A DNA stretch of 64,000 bases from an uncultured bacterium (GTDB taxonomy: Bacteria; Actinomycetota; Acidimicrobiia; Spongiisociales; UBA5794). This document shows, one piece after another, positions 47,798 through 56,798 of this stretch. The notes beneath the pieces are model-generated. The model had not been told where the DNA came from. It worked only from the letters and a program-made list of their open reading frames with translations, and did not search any database. The stretch is from NCBI GenBank assembly GCA_963801165.1, contig CAWDDT010000009.1, positions 288,001 through 352,000 of the forward strand. The letters are read 5' to 3'. Both the position numbers and the translations under genes were made by a program. Positions within the stretch are counted from its first letter, which is position 1. Each line of letters opens with the position of its first letter.

Positions 47798-49219
47798 ATG
47801 AGCCTCATTGATGAGCTACAGGCGATCCTGGGACCCGACCGGGTGCGCTCCCATCCGCTCCAGCTGCGCGTGTACAACAAGGACGCCGGGGTGACCCGCG
47901 GCGAGGTGCTCGCGGCTGTTCTTCCGGAGACAACCCAGGAGGTCGCCGCCTGTGTCCGGGCCGCCCACAACCACGGCGTGCCGATCGTACCCAGGGGCGC
48001 CGGTACCGGGCTGGCCGGCGGGGCGGTGCCGGTGGAGCCTGCATTGCTCGTTGTGCTCACTCGCATCAATCAGGTCTTCGATGTGGACCCCGCGGCCCGG
48101 ACTGCCTGGGTGGGGCCGGGTGTGCTCAACCTGGACCTGTCTCGCCACGTTGCACCCCTCGGGCTCCACTATGCCCCCGACCCCTCCTCGCAGGCGGCGT
48201 GCACCATCGGTGGCAACGTCGGCACCAACGCGGGTGGCCCACATTGTCTCGCCGAGGGCACGACGGTCGCCCACATCCTCGGGGTGGAGATGGTGACCGC
48301 ATACGGCGACGTCGTCACGCTCGGTGGTGCCGCCCCGGACCCCATCGGTCTCGACTTGAGATCGGTCGTGGTTGGTTCGGAGGGCACGCTCGGGGTGGTG
48401 ACCAGGGTTTTGGTCAAGCTCACCCAGAACCCACCCGCGGTGCGCACGATCCTGCTCACCTTCGACAGCATTCAGGCCGCCGCGGCGACCGTCTCCAATA
48501 CGATCGCCGCCGGGATTGTCCCCGCCGCCCTCGAGATGATGGACCAGCCGATGGTCATAGCGGTCGAGGCATTCATCCACGCCAACCTTCCCGTTGATGC
48601 GGCCGCCGTCCTGCTCGCCGAGGTGGTCGGTCTCGACTCCGCAGTAGCGGCGGAGGCGGCGATTCTCGAGCGGATCGCCCGTGACGCAGGCGCGACCTCC
48701 GTGCGCGTTGCCGCCGACGACACAGAGCGTGCGGTCCTCTGGAAGGCCCGCAAGAGTGCGTTTGGAGCGGTGGCCCAGGCTGCCCCCGACTATTACTTGC
48801 ACGACACCGTCGTGCCCCGCACCCGGCTCGTCGAGGTGATGACCCAGATCTACGAGATAGGGGAGCGCTTCGGAATCGAGATGCTCAACGTGTTCCACGC
48901 AGGCGACGGCAACCTCCACCCGCTGGTTGCCTACGACGCAAAGGAACCGGGGATGTTCGACAAGGTTCGTCGTGCCGCCGAGGAGATGGTGAAGGTGTCG
49001 GTGGCCGCCGGTGGCTCGCTGAGCGGTGAGCACGGAATCGGTTTGGAGAAACGCGACCTGATGGGCATGGTGTTCGAGCCCATCGATCTCGACGCCCAGG
49101 CGCGGCTGCGCGACGCGTTCGACCCGGACGGCTCGATGAACCCGGGCAAGATCCTTCCCCGGGGCGCCCGTTGCTACGACTACGGGATGAGCTCGTTGCC
49201 GGGTGAGGTGGCCGGATGA
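47798..49219 (+). CDS. glcD: Glycolate oxidase-like FAD subunit
   Basis: PRGAGTGLAGG, PDPSSQ..CTIGGN, GSEGTLG, HAGDGNLHP, GEHGIG, NPGK. Confidence 0.88.
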   Translation: MSLIDELQAILGPDRVRSHPLQLRVYNKDAGVTRGEVLAAVLPETTQEVAACVRAAHNHGVPIVPRGAGTGLAGGAVPVEPALLVVLTRINQVFDVDPAARTAWVGPGVLNLDLSRHVAPLGLHYAPDPSSQAACTIGGNVGTNAGGPHCLAEGTTVAHILGVEMVTAYGDVVTLGGAAPDPIGLDLRSVVVGSEGTLGVVTRVLVKLTQNPPAVRTILLTFDSIQAAAATVSNTIAAGIVPAALEMMDQPMVIAVEAFIHANLPVDAAAVLLAEVVGLDSAVAAEAAILERIARDAGATSVRVAADDTERAVLWKARKSAFGAVAQAAPDYYLHDTVVPRTRLVEVMTQIYEIGERFGIEMLNVFHAGDGNLHPLVAYDAKEPGMFDKVRRAAEEMVKVSVAAGGSLSGEHGIGLEKRDLMGMVFEPIDLDAQARLRDAFDPDGSMNPGKILPRGARCYDYGMSSLPGEVAG

Positions 49220-50334
49220 CGATCCAGCAGCTCGTCTCGCGTGTTGCCAGGGACGCTCTCTCCGAGCCGATCGACGGTGCTCCTCCTGCTGAGTTCACGG
49301 TCACCCCGACCACGGGGGACCAGGCGGCCGCCGTGCTGCGCCTGGCCGCCGAGCATCGGATGCGGGTTCTGTTCTGGGGAGCCGGGACCCACCAGGGGAT
49401 GGGTCACCATTTCGAGCCCGACATCATCATGAGCGCCCGCGGTCTCGACACGGTCGTCGACTGGCAGCAGGAGGATCTCACCGTCGTGGTGCAGCCCGGC
49501 GTGCTCGTCACCGACCTCGAGGCTCAGCTGCAGCAGGGGCACCAAACCGCCGTGCTCCAGGAAACTCCGGGGGAAGCAACGGTTGGCGGGACCGTCGCCG
49601 CGGGTATCTCCGGGTGGCGGAGGCTGCGCTACGGCCCAACACGGGACCGCTTGTTGGAAGTCAGGCTCGCCACCGGCGACGGGCGGTTGATCAGGGGTGG
49701 TGGGCGGCTGGTCAAGAACGTGACCGGGTACGACCTTCCCCGTCTGGCGGTCGGGTCGTTCGGTTCGCTCGGCATGATCACCGAGATGTGTCTCAAACTC
49801 TGGCCCCTGGCGACGCAACGGGCCATGGTGACCGTTACCGACCCTGTTGCGGCCACTCGCACCGCCTATCGGCCCCTGGCAATCGTCGAAACCAACGAAG
49901 GAGCGTATGCCTATCTCGCCGGCACGTCTGAGGAACTCGAGGAGCAGGCGAGACGCATCGGCGGTGACCTCGTCTCCGGGCATCGCTGGCCGGTCCCACT
50001 CGCCGGAGCCGTCGAGATGGAGCTGCGATTGAGGCCGGGAGACGTGGCTCGTGGTGTCACCTGGGTGGGCGACCTCGGCGCCGAGTTCCAGGCGGCGCAC
50101 GGTGTCGGCGTGGTCCGGTTCATCGCCGATGGTATCGACATTGCCACGCTCGAGCGGCTACGGAACAACGCCGAGCAGGCAGGAGGTGCGCTTGTCGTAA
50201 CCAAGGCCCCGGCCGACCTCGGTTTCGACCCCTGGGGCACGCCGCCGGGATTCGTGGCGTTGCAGCAGCGGGTGAAGGCGGCATTCGACCCCGTAGGGAT
50301 CGCCAATCCGGGAATCCTGCCGGGAGGTATCTGA
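49216..50334 (+). CDS. glcE: Glycolate oxidase-like FAD-binding subunit
   Basis: DLTVVVQPG, ATVGG, GGRLVKNVTGYDL, GSFGSLG, FDP.GI.NPG. Confidence 0.85.
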   Translation: MTIQQLVSRVARDALSEPIDGAPPAEFTVTPTTGDQAAAVLRLAAEHRMRVLFWGAGTHQGMGHHFEPDIIMSARGLDTVVDWQQEDLTVVVQPGVLVTDLEAQLQQGHQTAVLQETPGEATVGGTVAAGISGWRRLRYGPTRDRLLEVRLATGDGRLIRGGGRLVKNVTGYDLPRLAVGSFGSLGMITEMCLKLWPLATQRAMVTVTDPVAATRTAYRPLAIVETNEGAYAYLAGTSEELEEQARRIGGDLVSGHRWPVPLAGAVEMELRLRPGDVARGVTWVGDLGAEFQAAHGVGVVRFIADGIDIATLERLRNNAEQAGGALVVTKAPADLGFDPWGTPPGFVALQQRVKAAFDPVGIANPGILPGGI

Positions 50335-51530
50335 TGGTTCCCACCGAAGCGCAACTCGACATGTGTGTCACCTGCGGCCTGTGTCTGCCCCACTGCCCGA
50401 CATTCCGGCTGACCGGTGACGAGATAGCCTCGCCTCGGGGGAGGCTTGCGGCGATGGCGGCGATCAGCCGCGGGGAGGCTCCCAGTGACGGGGCATACGA
50501 CGAGATGATGTCGTTCTGCCTCCAATGCCGGGCATGTGAGGCGGCGTGCCCTTCGCTGGTTCCCTTCGGGCGGATGATGGAGGGGGCACGCGAGCAGCTC
50601 GCCAAGGACCAGCCGACGTCGGGCCGACGGGTGCGAAGGTTCATCGTCGGCCGGGTTCTCAACATGAAGTGGTTGCTGGCTCTGGCCACATCGGCCATCG
50701 GTCTTCTTCAGAAGCTCGGTTTGATCCGGCTGTTGCCGAAGTCGCTACGGGTCGCCCGCGGACTTCGCCCGCTGCGGGTGTTCCCGCACACGGTGGTTGG
50801 TGTCGCCGACGAGGCACCGGCTCAGCCTATGGGAAGGGTGGCTCTACTCGCCGGTTGTGTAATGGACGAGTGGTTCCCCGCGGTTCACGACGCCACCCGT
50901 GGGGTGCTGCAGGTTGCCGGATACGAGGTCTACAGCCCCAAGGGCCAGCAATGTTGTGGTGCTCTCGCCGCACACGAGGGCGCCGCAGACGACGCCAGGA
51001 GGATGGCGAGACGCAATACCGGGGCGTTCGCCGGCTTCGATCTGGTCGTGGCAGACGCTGCCGGATGCTCGGCGCACCTCAAGGACTACGGCGAGTGGGC
51101 GCCTGGTGGGGACGCCATCGCCGAGCGGACCCGGGACGTCACCGAGCTGGTTGCCGAGCTGCTGGCCGCGGGCCGATTGCCCCGGGCCTCGATCTCGCGG
51201 GGACGGGTCGCCATCCACGACCCATGCCATCTCCGCCACGCCCAGCGGATCACAGCGGCGCCGCGCGACATCGTCCGTGCCGCCGGGTACGAACCGGTGG
51301 AGATAGATCCCGATGGGCTGTGCTGCGGGGCGGCAGGGCTGTACATGGTGTACGAGCCGGAGGCGGCCGACGAGCTCGGAGACCGCAAGGCTCAGCAGGT
51401 AGTGGCCACGGGTTTGGACATCGTCGTCTCGGCCAATCCGGGATGTGAGATCCAGCTGCGGTCACACCTCGGCGGCGGTTACCGGGTCGTCCATCCGGTC
51501 GAGCTCTATTGGGAGTCGCTGAATCGGTGA
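50334..51530 (+). CDS. glcF: Glycolate oxidase-like Fe-S subunit
   Basis: CVTCGLCLPHCPT, SPRGR, CLQCRACEAACPS, two CCG domains, ANPGC. Confidence 0.88.
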   Translation: MVPTEAQLDMCVTCGLCLPHCPTFRLTGDEIASPRGRLAAMAAISRGEAPSDGAYDEMMSFCLQCRACEAACPSLVPFGRMMEGAREQLAKDQPTSGRRVRRFIVGRVLNMKWLLALATSAIGLLQKLGLIRLLPKSLRVARGLRPLRVFPHTVVGVADEAPAQPMGRVALLAGCVMDEWFPAVHDATRGVLQVAGYEVYSPKGQQCCGALAAHEGAADDARRMARRNTGAFAGFDLVVADAAGCSAHLKDYGEWAPGGDAIAERTRDVTELVAELLAAGRLPRASISRGRVAIHDPCHLRHAQRITAAPRDIVRAAGYEPVEIDPDGLCCGAAGLYMVYEPEAADELGDRKAQQVVATGLDIVVSANPGCEIQLRSHLGGGYRVVHPVELYWESLNR

Positions 51531-51537
51531 GCGACCG

Positions 51538-52407
51538 TCACAGGGCCCGCTCGAAGATGTAGAGCGGCTCGATCTCGAATCCTGTCTGCGAAAGGGCGTC
51601 GATGAGCCAATCGACCGCTGGAACGATGATCCGTAGCTCGGCGACGTCCGCATCGATCGCGAGGTCGACTGTCGAGCGGATCAAGTCGACGATGTCGTCC
51701 GGGCCGCATTCGAGCCATTCGACATAGAGGCCGTCGCTGTCGTGCCGGGTCACCAGCCATCCGGCCTGAGAGCTCCACAGGCGCCCCTTCTTGCCTGCGC
51801 GCTCGAGATGCTCGGCAGTCAGCCACGACCACCGCCAGCCGTCGACATGGAGCCCGCGGGCCGGCCGAGCGAGGGGACCCGACTGCCACGACACCCATGC
51901 CGGAGCTGCTTCCGACGAGTGAGCGATCTCGAGCTTGCGTCGTGCCTTCGCACGCTGCCCACCGTTGCTCGAGGCAACGGGTTCGCGATCCGACACCGAG
52001 CGCCGTGCTATCGCCCATTCACCGGCGCGACGGAAGCCGCTTTGCTCGACCTGGCGTTGTGCCGGCTCGTTCCACCCTTCGGTCAGCAGACGGGCTACAC
52101 GGGCGCCTCTGTCCCGGGCCCAATCGACAAGCGACTCCCCGAGTGCCGAGGCGATACCGCGGCGACGCCAGTCCTGGCTGACACGCGCCCCCTGCAGCCA
52201 CAACTCGGTGTCGCTCATCATCACTCCCCGGCTCATGGCGACAGGTGTGTCCTTCTCGTCAACGGCGACCATCACGCGCCCTCGCTCGTCGCTGACCCAG
52301 TGGGGGAACACCTCGACGACGTAGTCACCCCAGTCGAATGTGTCCTGAGTGAAGCCTGCGATGGAATCGATGTCCTCGGGGCGGGCGGGCCGCATGGCGT
52401 AGCTCAT
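51538..52407 (-). CDS. GNAT family acetyltransferase
   Basis: RPARPED, WLQGARVSQDWRRRGIA acetyl-CoA motif. Confidence 0.82.
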   Translation of the reverse strand: MSYAMRPARPEDIDSIAGFTQDTFDWGDYVVEVFPHWVSDERGRVMVAVDEKDTPVAMSRGVMMSDTELWLQGARVSQDWRRRGIASALGESLVDWARDRGARVARLLTEGWNEPAQRQVEQSGFRRAGEWAIARRSVSDREPVASSNGGQRAKARRKLEIAHSSEAAPAWVSWQSGPLARPARGLHVDGWRWSWLTAEHLERAGKKGRLWSSQAGWLVTRHDSDGLYVEWLECGPDDIVDLIRSTVDLAIDADVAELRIIVPAVDWLIDALSQTGFEIEPLYIFERAL

Positions 52408-52504
52408 GGGTGGGAGGTTAGGCCGCGGCTCCCCTGGCACCACAAAACGCCGCCGACACGGATCAGGTCCTACTGCGAGGGCACCAACCCACTGGTTGTC
52501 ACCC

Positions 52505-54532
52505 CTAGTACGCGGCCAGGGATTTCGCCTGCTCCATGATTCCTTCGACGGACGGGAACACTTGCTCCTCTAGCGTCGATGAGTAGGGGAACGACGGTAT
52601 CTCCGGGGCGCAATACCGGCGTATCGGTGCGTCCAGCCAGTCGAGGGATTTCTCGGCGATCTGGGCGGCGATCTCGGCACCGAACCCGCCGAACTTGTTG
52701 TCCTCGTGGACGATGAGCACCTTGCCATTGCGACGCACTGCCCGTTCGATCGAGGGCCAGTCGAGCGGCCGCAGCGAACGGAGATCGAGCACGGCGGCTT
52801 CGACATCCTCCTCGCGCAGCCTGTCGGAGGCCTCGACCGCGAAGTGTGCCATCGTCCCGTACGCGATGATGGTTAGATCGTCGCCGGTACGTCGCAGGGC
52901 CGCCCGACCGATCGGCACTCGATGCGGCCCGTCCGGCACCGGCCCGGTCGCCAGCCGGTAGAGCTTCTTCGGCTCCAGGAACATCACCGGGTCGGGATCC
53001 TCTACCGCCGACCACAGCAGCCCACGGGCGTCTGCCGGCGTGGATGGCACCACCACCTTCAGTCCGGGGACGTGCGTATAGAACGCTTCGATGGACTGGG
53101 AGTGGTAGAGGGCACCGTGGATGCCGCCGCCGTAAGGGACCCGGATCACGAGTGGTGACGACCAGCGGCCCTTGGTCCGGTAGTGGAGCCGGGCCACCTC
53201 GGAGACGATCTGGTCGAAACCGGGGTGGATGAAATCGGCGAACTGGATCTCGGTGATCGGGCGTGCTCCGGCGGCACCCATGCCGACGGCCACGCCTACG
53301 ATGAGCGATTCCGCCAGCGGCATGTTGAAGCACCGGTCTGCGCCGTACTCGTTGGTGAGACCAACCGTCGCCTTGAAGACTCCACCCTTGGGATCGGCGA
53401 CATCCTCGCCGAAAACCACGGTCTCGTCGTGCTCGGCCATTATGTCGTGGAGCGTCCGATTGATCGTGGAGATCAGGTTCATGGTCTCGCCGATCGGTTC
53501 CGGCTCCTCCTCAGTTACGGCGTTGTCGGGCACGATCGGGAGGGCATAGACCGCCGACTCCCAGTCGAGCGCCTCGGGAGCCGCATCCGCCTCCTTGACC
53601 GCAACCGCGATCTCGTTGGTTACCTCGCTCTCGATCTTCGCTTCCAGGTCCTCGTCGAGGAGACGGGACTCCACCAGATACTGCTTGAGGACGAGGATGG
53701 GATCCTTGCGACGCCATAGCTCGACCTCTTCGGCCGAGCGGTACACCTTGTCGTCGTCGTCGGACGTATGGGCGTAGTAGCGGTAGGTCTTCGCTTCGAT
53801 CAGCGACGGACCTTCTCCTGAGCGAGCCCGCTGCACCGCGGCAGCCATGACACCGTACACGGCGAGCACGTCGTTCCCGTCGACCTCGACGCCAGGCATC
53901 CCGTAGCCTCCGGCGCGGGCGGCAACGGTTCCGGCGACCTCTTCGCGGGTGGGGGTCGAGATCGCGTAGAGGTTGTTCTCCACCAGGAAGATCACAGGCA
54001 GCTTGTGCAACCCGGCGAAATTCATTGCCTCGTGGAAGTCACCTTCCGATGTGGCTCCCTCACCGGAAGAGACCATGACAACGCCGTCACTCCCGGTGGT
54101 CTTGAGCTGCTGAGCGATACCGCAGGCATGCGGAAACTGGGTTGCGATCACCGACGAGTGGGAGAAGATATTGAGGTTCGGCTCGCTCCAGTGGTTCGGC
54201 ATCTGACGACCGGCGTTGGCCGGATCGGTGCCTTTGGCGAACACACCGAGGAACATGTCTTTTGGCGATAATCCCATCGCCAGATTGAACGCGACGTCGC
54301 GGTAATAGGGGAGAGACCAGTCCCTCGTCTTGTCGAGGGCAAAGGCGGCCCCCACCTGGGTCCCCTCATGCCCGGCCACCGACACCACGAACGGGACGCG
54401 GCCCTGTCGGTTGAGAGCCCACACCCGCTCGTCCAGCTTCCTGGCGAGCAGCATCATCCGATACATGTCGATCAACTGATCGTCCGATAAGCCCAGGGCG
54501 CTGTGATCTCTCACGTTGTCGAGCTCCAACAT
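52505..54532 (-). CDS. Branched-chain 2-oxoacid dehydrogenase E1, fused alpha/beta
   Basis: PYYRD, GRQMPNH, GEGATSEGDFHEAMN, HTSDDD; then GEDV...GGVF, EIQFADF, GGIHGALYHSQS; SD AGGAGG. Confidence 0.92.
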   Translation of the reverse strand: MLELDNVRDHSALGLSDDQLIDMYRMMLLARKLDERVWALNRQGRVPFVVSVAGHEGTQVGAAFALDKTRDWSLPYYRDVAFNLAMGLSPKDMFLGVFAKGTDPANAGRQMPNHWSEPNLNIFSHSSVIATQFPHACGIAQQLKTTGSDGVVMVSSGEGATSEGDFHEAMNFAGLHKLPVIFLVENNLYAISTPTREEVAGTVAARAGGYGMPGVEVDGNDVLAVYGVMAAAVQRARSGEGPSLIEAKTYRYYAHTSDDDDKVYRSAEEVELWRRKDPILVLKQYLVESRLLDEDLEAKIESEVTNEIAVAVKEADAAPEALDWESAVYALPIVPDNAVTEEEPEPIGETMNLISTINRTLHDIMAEHDETVVFGEDVADPKGGVFKATVGLTNEYGADRCFNMPLAESLIVGVAVGMGAAGARPITEIQFADFIHPGFDQIVSEVARLHYRTKGRWSSPLVIRVPYGGGIHGALYHSQSIEAFYTHVPGLKVVVPSTPADARGLLWSAVEDPDPVMFLEPKKLYRLATGPVPDGPHRVPIGRAALRRTGDDLTIIAYGTMAHFAVEASDRLREEDVEAAVLDLRSLRPLDWPSIERAVRRNGKVLIVHEDNKFGGFGAEIAAQIAEKSLDWLDAPIRRYCAPEIPSFPYSSTLEEQVFPSVEGIMEQAKSLAAY

Positions 54533-54555
54533 GCTGTCTCCTCCTGGCGGCCCGT

Positions 54556-55635
54556 CTAGCGCGACGTATGCCCCCGTCGCCTCAGTTTGATACTGCCGAT
54601 GCTCTCGATCCGTTCTCTTGCCACCTCGAGAGCAGCGGCGTTGGGATTGATGCTGCGCAGTGCTGCGGTCTCCAGCACCCGCGTCGTGTTGTCGTGGATA
54701 CGATCGATTGCGGTCGCCGCTCTGGTCCAGTCGTAGCCGTTGACCTCGTTGGCGATGTTGATGATCCCGCCCGCGTTGGCTACGAAATCCGGTACGTACA
54801 CGATGCCGCGGCCGGCCAGCTGCTCGGCCTGGGCGTCGGTGGCGAGCTGGTTGTTGGCCGATCCAACAACGGCCTTGCAGTTCAGCACCCCGACCGTGTC
54901 TCGGCTGATGACCCCGCCGAGGGCACACGGCGCAAAGATGTCACACTCCACCCCGAGAATCTCGTCGATGGCAACGACCCGCGAGCCGTGAGCCGACGCC
55001 ATCGCCGCGGCCGACCCGTCCCGAAGGTCTGCGACGATGGTACGCGCCCCGGCCTTGGTCAGCCTCTCGACGAGGTTGGAGCCGACCTTGCCGACGCCCT
55101 GGACGGCAACGGTCCGATCGGACAGATCATCGGTGCCCCATACGTGCACGGACATGGCACGCATCGCGGCGATGACCCCGCGGGCCGTCGCCGGGGAGGG
55201 GTCGCCCGAGCCGCCATGTGACTCGGGAAGCCCGGTGACCCACTGCGTTTCGGTGGCGATCGTGATCATGTCGGCGGTCGTGGTCCCTACGTCCTCGGCG
55301 GTGACGTAGCGGCCGCCGAGCGAGTCGACGAGACGGCCGAAGGAGCGGAGCAGACGCTCGGAGCGGAGTTGCTCGGGATCGCCGATGATCACTGCCTTGC
55401 CGCCGCCCAGATCCAGACCCGCCGCCGCCGACTTGTACGTCATGCCCTTCGCCAGCCGGAGAGCGTCTGTCAGGGCATCATCTTCGGATTCGTACGGAAA
55501 AAAGCGAGTCCCGCCTAGCGCGGGACCAAGTGCGGTGGAGTGGATGGCGATGATGGCCTTCAACCCCGATATCGGATCGTGACCGTAAAGGATCTCTTCG
55601 TGGGTGTCGGAGGCGATCGCCTCGAATACTCCCAA
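54556..55635 (-). CDS. Leucine (Glu/Leu/Phe/Val) dehydrogenase
   Basis: HSTALGPALGGTR, GMTYK, GGGKAV, TAEDVG, VQGVGKVG, ANNQL, PDFVANAGG; TTG start after AAGGAG. Confidence 0.93.
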   Translation of the reverse strand: MGVFEAIASDTHEEILYGHDPISGLKAIIAIHSTALGPALGGTRFFPYESEDDALTDALRLAKGMTYKSAAAGLDLGGGKAVIIGDPEQLRSERLLRSFGRLVDSLGGRYVTAEDVGTTTADMITIATETQWVTGLPESHGGSGDPSPATARGVIAAMRAMSVHVWGTDDLSDRTVAVQGVGKVGSNLVERLTKAGARTIVADLRDGSAAAMASAHGSRVVAIDEILGVECDIFAPCALGGVISRDTVGVLNCKAVVGSANNQLATDAQAEQLAGRGIVYVPDFVANAGGIINIANEVNGYDWTRAATAIDRIHDNTTRVLETAALRSINPNAAALEVARERIESIGSIKLRRRGHTSR

Positions 55636-55776
55636 CAGATGCTCCTTTCCGGGCGGCCGGTAGCCGTGTGCTGCGGCCCCATGCATTTATGAATTCTAAT
55701 GGACAAGCGTCGGTTTGGCCCCTCACTTTCCCAATCCACCCAACCGTGGGCTTCGTGCGATCGTTAGGATCGGGTC

Positions 55777-56529
55777 ATGATTCGCACGGCGCATCTCCGC
55801 TCGTACCTTCGCGAAGAGGGCATGCCGCGCTACGAGAGCGATGCCGTTGCCGAGGACGGCCCGGTGCGTGGCGATGCCAACTTCCTCTGGCGGGAGATCG
55901 ACACCGACGATGCTTTCACCGCTGAATGGGGCGGGGCCCGCTACGTGTGTCCGCGCAACTTCCGTTTGCGGAAGTTGGAGGGGTTGCTTGCGTTCAACAA
56001 CGCTTTCCCCGAGTCGGGTCTGATCCCGCACCGGGCGCTCATGGACGCCGCTGCACAGCTCGAGTCGTTGCGAGGCGGATCGCCGATGATGCGGTCCTAC
56101 ATCCTCACCTCGCCATGGCACGTGCCGATCCGCTGGTTCGGTGCGTTTCTGCACGAGGAGCGGGCCACCTATGAGCATGCGGCTGGCCTGTCCGTCAGAT
56201 ACCGGGCGCTCATGTCGGATGCCCGCCACCGCGTGGAGCGGGGGGCACGCATCCTCGCCGATGCTGGTTTCGACGGGTCGGTTGTGGGGCAGGTCCGCTC
56301 GCTTGGATCGTGGCTCGAGGCCTTCCCCGATGACGGAATGCTCGAACTCGACTACGGCACGGTGGCCACGCTCTTCTCGGAAGGAGACCTGGTGCTCGAC
56401 GAGTCCGCTGCCGACGTTGCGGCCAGTCTTCTCGCCCTCGAGCACGGCGACATGGAGGCGGCGGCAGAGCACTACGCAACCCTGACGAGACGCTGGGGCC
56501 ACGTCCAGGCCCTCTCCTTCAGCAACTGA
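55777..56529 (+). CDS. Conserved actinobacterial-type hypothetical protein
   Basis: Coherent codon usage; SPWHVPIRWF and LELDYG motifs. Confidence 0.7.
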   Translation: MIRTAHLRSYLREEGMPRYESDAVAEDGPVRGDANFLWREIDTDDAFTAEWGGARYVCPRNFRLRKLEGLLAFNNAFPESGLIPHRALMDAAAQLESLRGGSPMMRSYILTSPWHVPIRWFGAFLHEERATYEHAAGLSVRYRALMSDARHRVERGARILADAGFDGSVVGQVRSLGSWLEAFPDDGMLELDYGTVATLFSEGDLVLDESAADVAASLLALEHGDMEAAAEHYATLTRRWGHVQALSFSN

Positions 56530-56530
56530 G

Positions 56531-56790
56531 CCCGACCCGCCCGGAGGGAGGGTGATTTTCCTCACCCTGTGGGAGAGGTGGCAGCGAAGCGAAGCCGGTG
56601 AGGGCGCCGTGGATTCGCGCCAGCGTCGGCGGTGTGTTGGATGTTTGGTTTGTCTGTGTCGTGTCGCTCGGCGGAGCTACGAAGGCCCTCCTCGACCTGG
56701 CCCTCCGGGCCGGTCGATCCTCCCAGAGGGAGGATGAATTCCTTCCTATCCGTGGAGAGGTAGCTGCCTGAGCGAAGCTCAGGCAGCTAC
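56531..56790. repeat. REP/REPIN-like palindromic element cluster
   Basis: Roughly inverted pair 56558-56605 / 56685-56738, plus a perfect 14-bp hairpin GTAGCTGCCTGAGC-GAA-GCTCAGGCAGCTAC at 56760-56790. Confidence 0.65.
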
Positions 56791-56798
56791 GCTCGCCG

